Source: Chiloscyllium plagiosum
Taxonomy: Eukaryota
Assembly (NCBI RefSeq): GCF_004010195.1
Contig: NC_057754.1
Location: 4,713,280 to 4,777,279 of the forward strand
Direction: 5' to 3'
DNA: 64,000 nt
Position numbers and translations under genes: made by a program. Position 1 is the stretch's first letter. Every line of letters begins with the position of its first letter. Shown here piece by piece: positions 60,380 to 64,000 of this stretch. Under the pieces are notes generated by a model. That model worked only from the letters and a program-made list of their open reading frames with translations, was not told the DNA's origin and made no database searches.

Positions 60380-61310
60380 TTGATTTGATTTGATTTACTG
60401 TAGTCATGTGTACCTAAGTACAATGAAAAGCTTTGTTTGCAAGCAGTATAGGCAGACCAAAGTAAGCAAGGACATACAGATTACAAGGTGTTTAGATAGA
60501 GCGAGGCATACAGGTTACACTGCACAGGAGGTGCACAAAGCAAGATCAACATGAACAAGATTAACATTACTTGAATTTATCCATTCATCAGTCTAATAAC
60601 AGCAGGGAAGAAGTTGTTCTTGAACCTGTTAGTGCGTGTATTCAAGCTTCTGTATCTTCTGCCTGGTGGAAGAGGTTGTAAGAGAGCATTGCGGGGGTGG
60701 GAGTGGTCTTTGATGGTGTTGGCAGCCTTTCCATGGCAACAAGAAGTGTAAATGGAGTCAATGGAGGGAAGCTTGGCTTCCGCGATGGTCTGCACTGTAC
60801 ACTCCACCTTCTGTAGTTTCTTATGGTGCTGGACAGAGCTGTTATTGTACCTGGCTGTTATACACCCTGATAGTAAGTTTTCTATGATGCATGTGTAGAA
60901 GTTGGTAAGAGTCATGGATATGCCGAATTTCCTAAGCCACCTGAGGAAGAAGAGGCATTGTTGTGCTTTCTTGACTGTTGCATCTACGTGTGAAGTCCAT
61001 GACAGATTGTCGGTTATCATCATGCCGATGAACTTGATGCTCTCAACCCTTTCAACCTCTGCTCCCTTGATGTAGATGGGAGTGTGTTCTCCTCCTTTCT
61101 TTCTGAAGTAAATGATCGGTTCTTTTGTTTAGCCAACATTGAGAGAGAAGTTGTTATGATTGTACCACTTCACCAAGCCCGCTATCTCCTTTCTGTATTC
61201 TGACTCATTGTTGTTTGATGTCCATCCTACCATAGTGGTATCGTCAGCAAACATAGATGGTGTTTGTTTGGAATTTTGCTACACAGCCATGGTATACAGG
61301 GAATGCAGTA
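60380..61310 (-). mobile_element. Rex1/Babar-clade LINE, RT 3' part to tail
   Basis: ORF 60577-61023 reads KKAQQCLFFLRWLRKF..LTNFYTCIIE..KDHSHP..LPPGRRYRSLNTRTNRFKNNFFPAVIRLMN (DUF1891-type). FADD near 61240-61251. (TCAAA)n tail at 60380-60397. Confidence 0.85.
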
Positions 61311-61409
61311 GTGGGCTTTACTGAAGTTATACCTGGATCCTTGCTGTTGATGCACATATCTATGAGAAAGTAAAGGTCAGATATGGTCCGTATTCCTAAT
61401 CCTTATCTA

Positions 61410-63195
61410 GTGGCCTGAAGGTGGATAAATCACCAGGACCAAATGGATAACACCCCAGAGTTCTAAAGGAGATAGCTGGAGAGATAGCGGAGGCGTTAGT
61501 GATGATCTCTAAGGAATTGCTGGATTCTGGGAGGGTCCCAGAGGACTAGAAAATCACTAACATGACACCCCTGTTTAAAAAGGGAGTCAGGCAAATGACA
61601 GAAAATTACAGACAATTAGCCTAACCTCGGTCAAGGATAAGATCCTGGAATCCATTGTGAAGTATTCTTTGAGGAAGTAATGAGCAGGTTAGACCAAGGA
61701 GAGCTAATGGATGTTATCTACCTGGACTTCAAGAAGGCATTTGACAAGTTGCTGCACAGGAGGCTACTGAGTAAGATAAGGGCCTATAGTCTTAGGTGCA
61801 AGGTGCTTGCATGGATAGTAGCTTGGCTATCTGGCAGAAAGTAAAGAGTGGTGATAAAAGGGTTCTTCTCAGGATGACAGCCGGTGACAAGTGGTGTTCT
61901 TCAAGGCTCAGTGTTGGGACCACAACTTTTCACGTTATACATTAATGATCTAGATGAAGGAACTGAGGGCATTCTGGCTAAGTTTGCAGATGATACAAAG
62001 ATAGGAAGAGGGACAGGTAGCATTGAGACTGGGGAGACTGCAGTAGGATTTGGTCAGGTTAGGAGAGTGGGCAAAGAAATGGTGATCGTTCAGGAATCAC
62101 TAGAATCAGGGAGAGTCCCAGAGGGCTGGATAATCGCTAACGTGACACCCCTGTTTAAAAAGACTGAAAATTACAGACCGATCAGCCTAACCTCATTTGT
62201 GAATAAGATCCTGGAATCCATTGTGAAGAATGCGATTTCTGAATACTTGGAAGCATATAGTAAAATAGGACAAGCATGGTTTGATCAAGGGAATGTCATG
62301 CCTGACAAATCTGGTAGAATTCTTTGAGGAGGCAGGGAGGATGCAGAAATATTTGGACAGGTTGGGAGAATGGGCAAAAAAGTGGCAGGTTTAGTACAAC
62401 ATGGGAAATGTGAGGTCATGCCCTTTGGTAGGAAGAATTGAGGCATGGACTGTTTTCTAAATGGGCAGAAAATTCAGAAGTCTGAAGTGCACAGAGATTT
62501 GGGAATTCTAGTCCAGGATTCTTTCAAGGTAAAGTTGCAGGTTGAGTCAGTAGTTAGGAAGGCAAATGCAATGATGGCATTTATTTTGAGAGGGCCTGAA
62601 TATAAAAGCAGGGATGTACTTCTGCGGCTCTATAAGGGTCTGGTCAGACCACATTCAGAGTATTGTACACAGTTTTGGGCCCCATATCTCAGGAAGGATG
62701 TACTGGCCATGGAGTGTGTTCAGAGGAGGTTCACGAGAATGGTCCCAGGAATGAAACGCGTAACATGTGAAGAATGTTTGAGGACTCTGGGTTTATACTT
62801 GATGGACTTTAGAAGAATGAGGGGGGAATCTAATTGAAACACACAGAATACTGAATGGACAGAGTAGATGTTGGGAAAACGTTTTCGTTGGTAGGAGAGA
62901 CTAGGACTCGAGGGCATAGCCTTAGAGTAAAGAGAAGACATTTTAGAATGGAGATAAGGAGAAACTTCTTCAGCCAGAGAGTGGTGCATCTGTGGAATTC
63001 ATTGCCACAGAAAGCTGTGGAGGCCAGGTCAATATGTATATTTAAGACTGAGATAAATGGGTTCTTGAAGATCAAGGGGAGAAAGCGGGAGAATGAGGTT
63101 GAGAAACTTATCAGCCATGATTGAATGGCGGAGCAGACTCAATAGGCTGAATGGCCTAACTTCTTGTCCTATGTCTTATTGCCTTATGATTTATG
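61410..63195 (+). mobile_element. Rearranged CR1 LINE (duplicated and deleted RT segments) with 3' tail
   Basis: [32 protein letters not shown] second [21 protein letters not shown] occurs after FADD. C-terminal RGHSLRV..FFSQRVVHLWNSLP. Tail GGCTGAATGGCCTAACTTC. Confidence 0.9.
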
Positions 63196-63569
63196 ACCCC
63201 TGCCATAGCATAATGGTGAATATTATTAAGGAGAAAATTGAGCTTTTGAATAGTCTGCTCTTTTTGCTGATAAGACTTCAAACTTTTGAGTAATAGTTGA
63301 TTGAGAAATTTCAGAGTCATTGCTCTGAGTGGATGTGACTCAACTTCAACTCGTTCCTTTAGAGGAGGAGCAGTTGGGTTGAAAATTGTTCCCAAGCCTC
63401 AACATTAGAACTGAACCTTTCATTGCTCCAGAGTGAGATGTTTCTCTTGCTGTGTTAGCCTTTTTTGTGACCTGCTTAAGTGAGGTTGTTAGACTTGGGG
63501 CTATTTGATGTTCCTTGGCTGTATAACTACAAATCTGCTTATGTTTCAAACTGCATTACTTTGCGAGAA

Positions 63570-63652
63570 TGACCTTCTTTAGATCTGGAAAACTAACTTT
63601 ATTGCCTTGAGAATCTTGCCAGGTCCTGCTGTGTTTCCCAGCACTTCTGTTC
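63570..63652. mobile_element. Highly decayed PLE pLTR derivative
   Basis: GACCTTCTTTAGA...AAC..GCCAGGTCCTGCTGTGTTTCCCAGCACTTCTGTT resembles the other copies. Confidence 0.4.
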
Positions 63653-64000
63653 AGTGCTCAAATTCCATGATCAAAAAGGATAATTACTAAGTATTAGAAT
63701 CAGGAATTGAACATTAAAGAAGAAGGTCTGTGTGCTGTGTAACTTTTCTGACTCTACTACTGCTTCAACTACCTGCTGATGAAATCTGTGTCTTTGTTAC
63801 TTCTTGACTAGTCTATTCCAACTTATTCTTGGCCAGCTATGTTTTACCCCAAAATTTGCTGCTCATATCCTAACTCGCGTTAAATTCCCAACCACAGATC
63901 ATCCTCTGTACAATCTGAGTTAAATTGGTTCCTAATCAAGCATTAGTTTTAAAATTCACTTTCTTGTTTTCTGATCCCATTATGCTTCCTCCCTAATTTT

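Overview
This is AT-rich vertebrate genomic DNA, not prokaryotic. The repeat content (HE1-type V-SINEs, Deu-domain SINEs, CR1/HER1-type LINEs, a shark-type 66-bp satellite) points to a cartilaginous fish, most likely a shark (inference). I found no intact host protein-coding exon. The window looks like two CpG-enriched promoter/first-exon candidates (about 770-1180 and 6780-7700) followed by a long repeat-rich intronic or intergenic stretch. Main mobile elements: (1) a full-length but disabled L1 (12599-18406) with target-site duplication (TSD), YY1 motif, ORF1, a long inter-ORF spacer, ORF2 and poly(A), nested in an antisense CR1; (2) many CR1, L2, RTE and Rex1/Babar fragments; (3) a Tigger/pogo transposase relic and a TA-flanked MITE; (4) a Penelope-like element (PLE) fragment interrupted by an assembly gap. 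The most interesting signal is a set of about 18 dispersed 90-250 bp PLE terminal-repeat derivatives. Many are fold-backs and many have 9-15 bp TSDs. Most carry a minimal type-I hammerhead ribozyme motif (CUGANGA - helix II - GAAAC-GUH). One copy shows a compensatory U3-A8 core in place of C3-G8, and element breakpoints cluster at the ribozyme. Family names come from my recall of consensus sequences and protein motifs, not database searches, and boundaries of old repeats are approximate.
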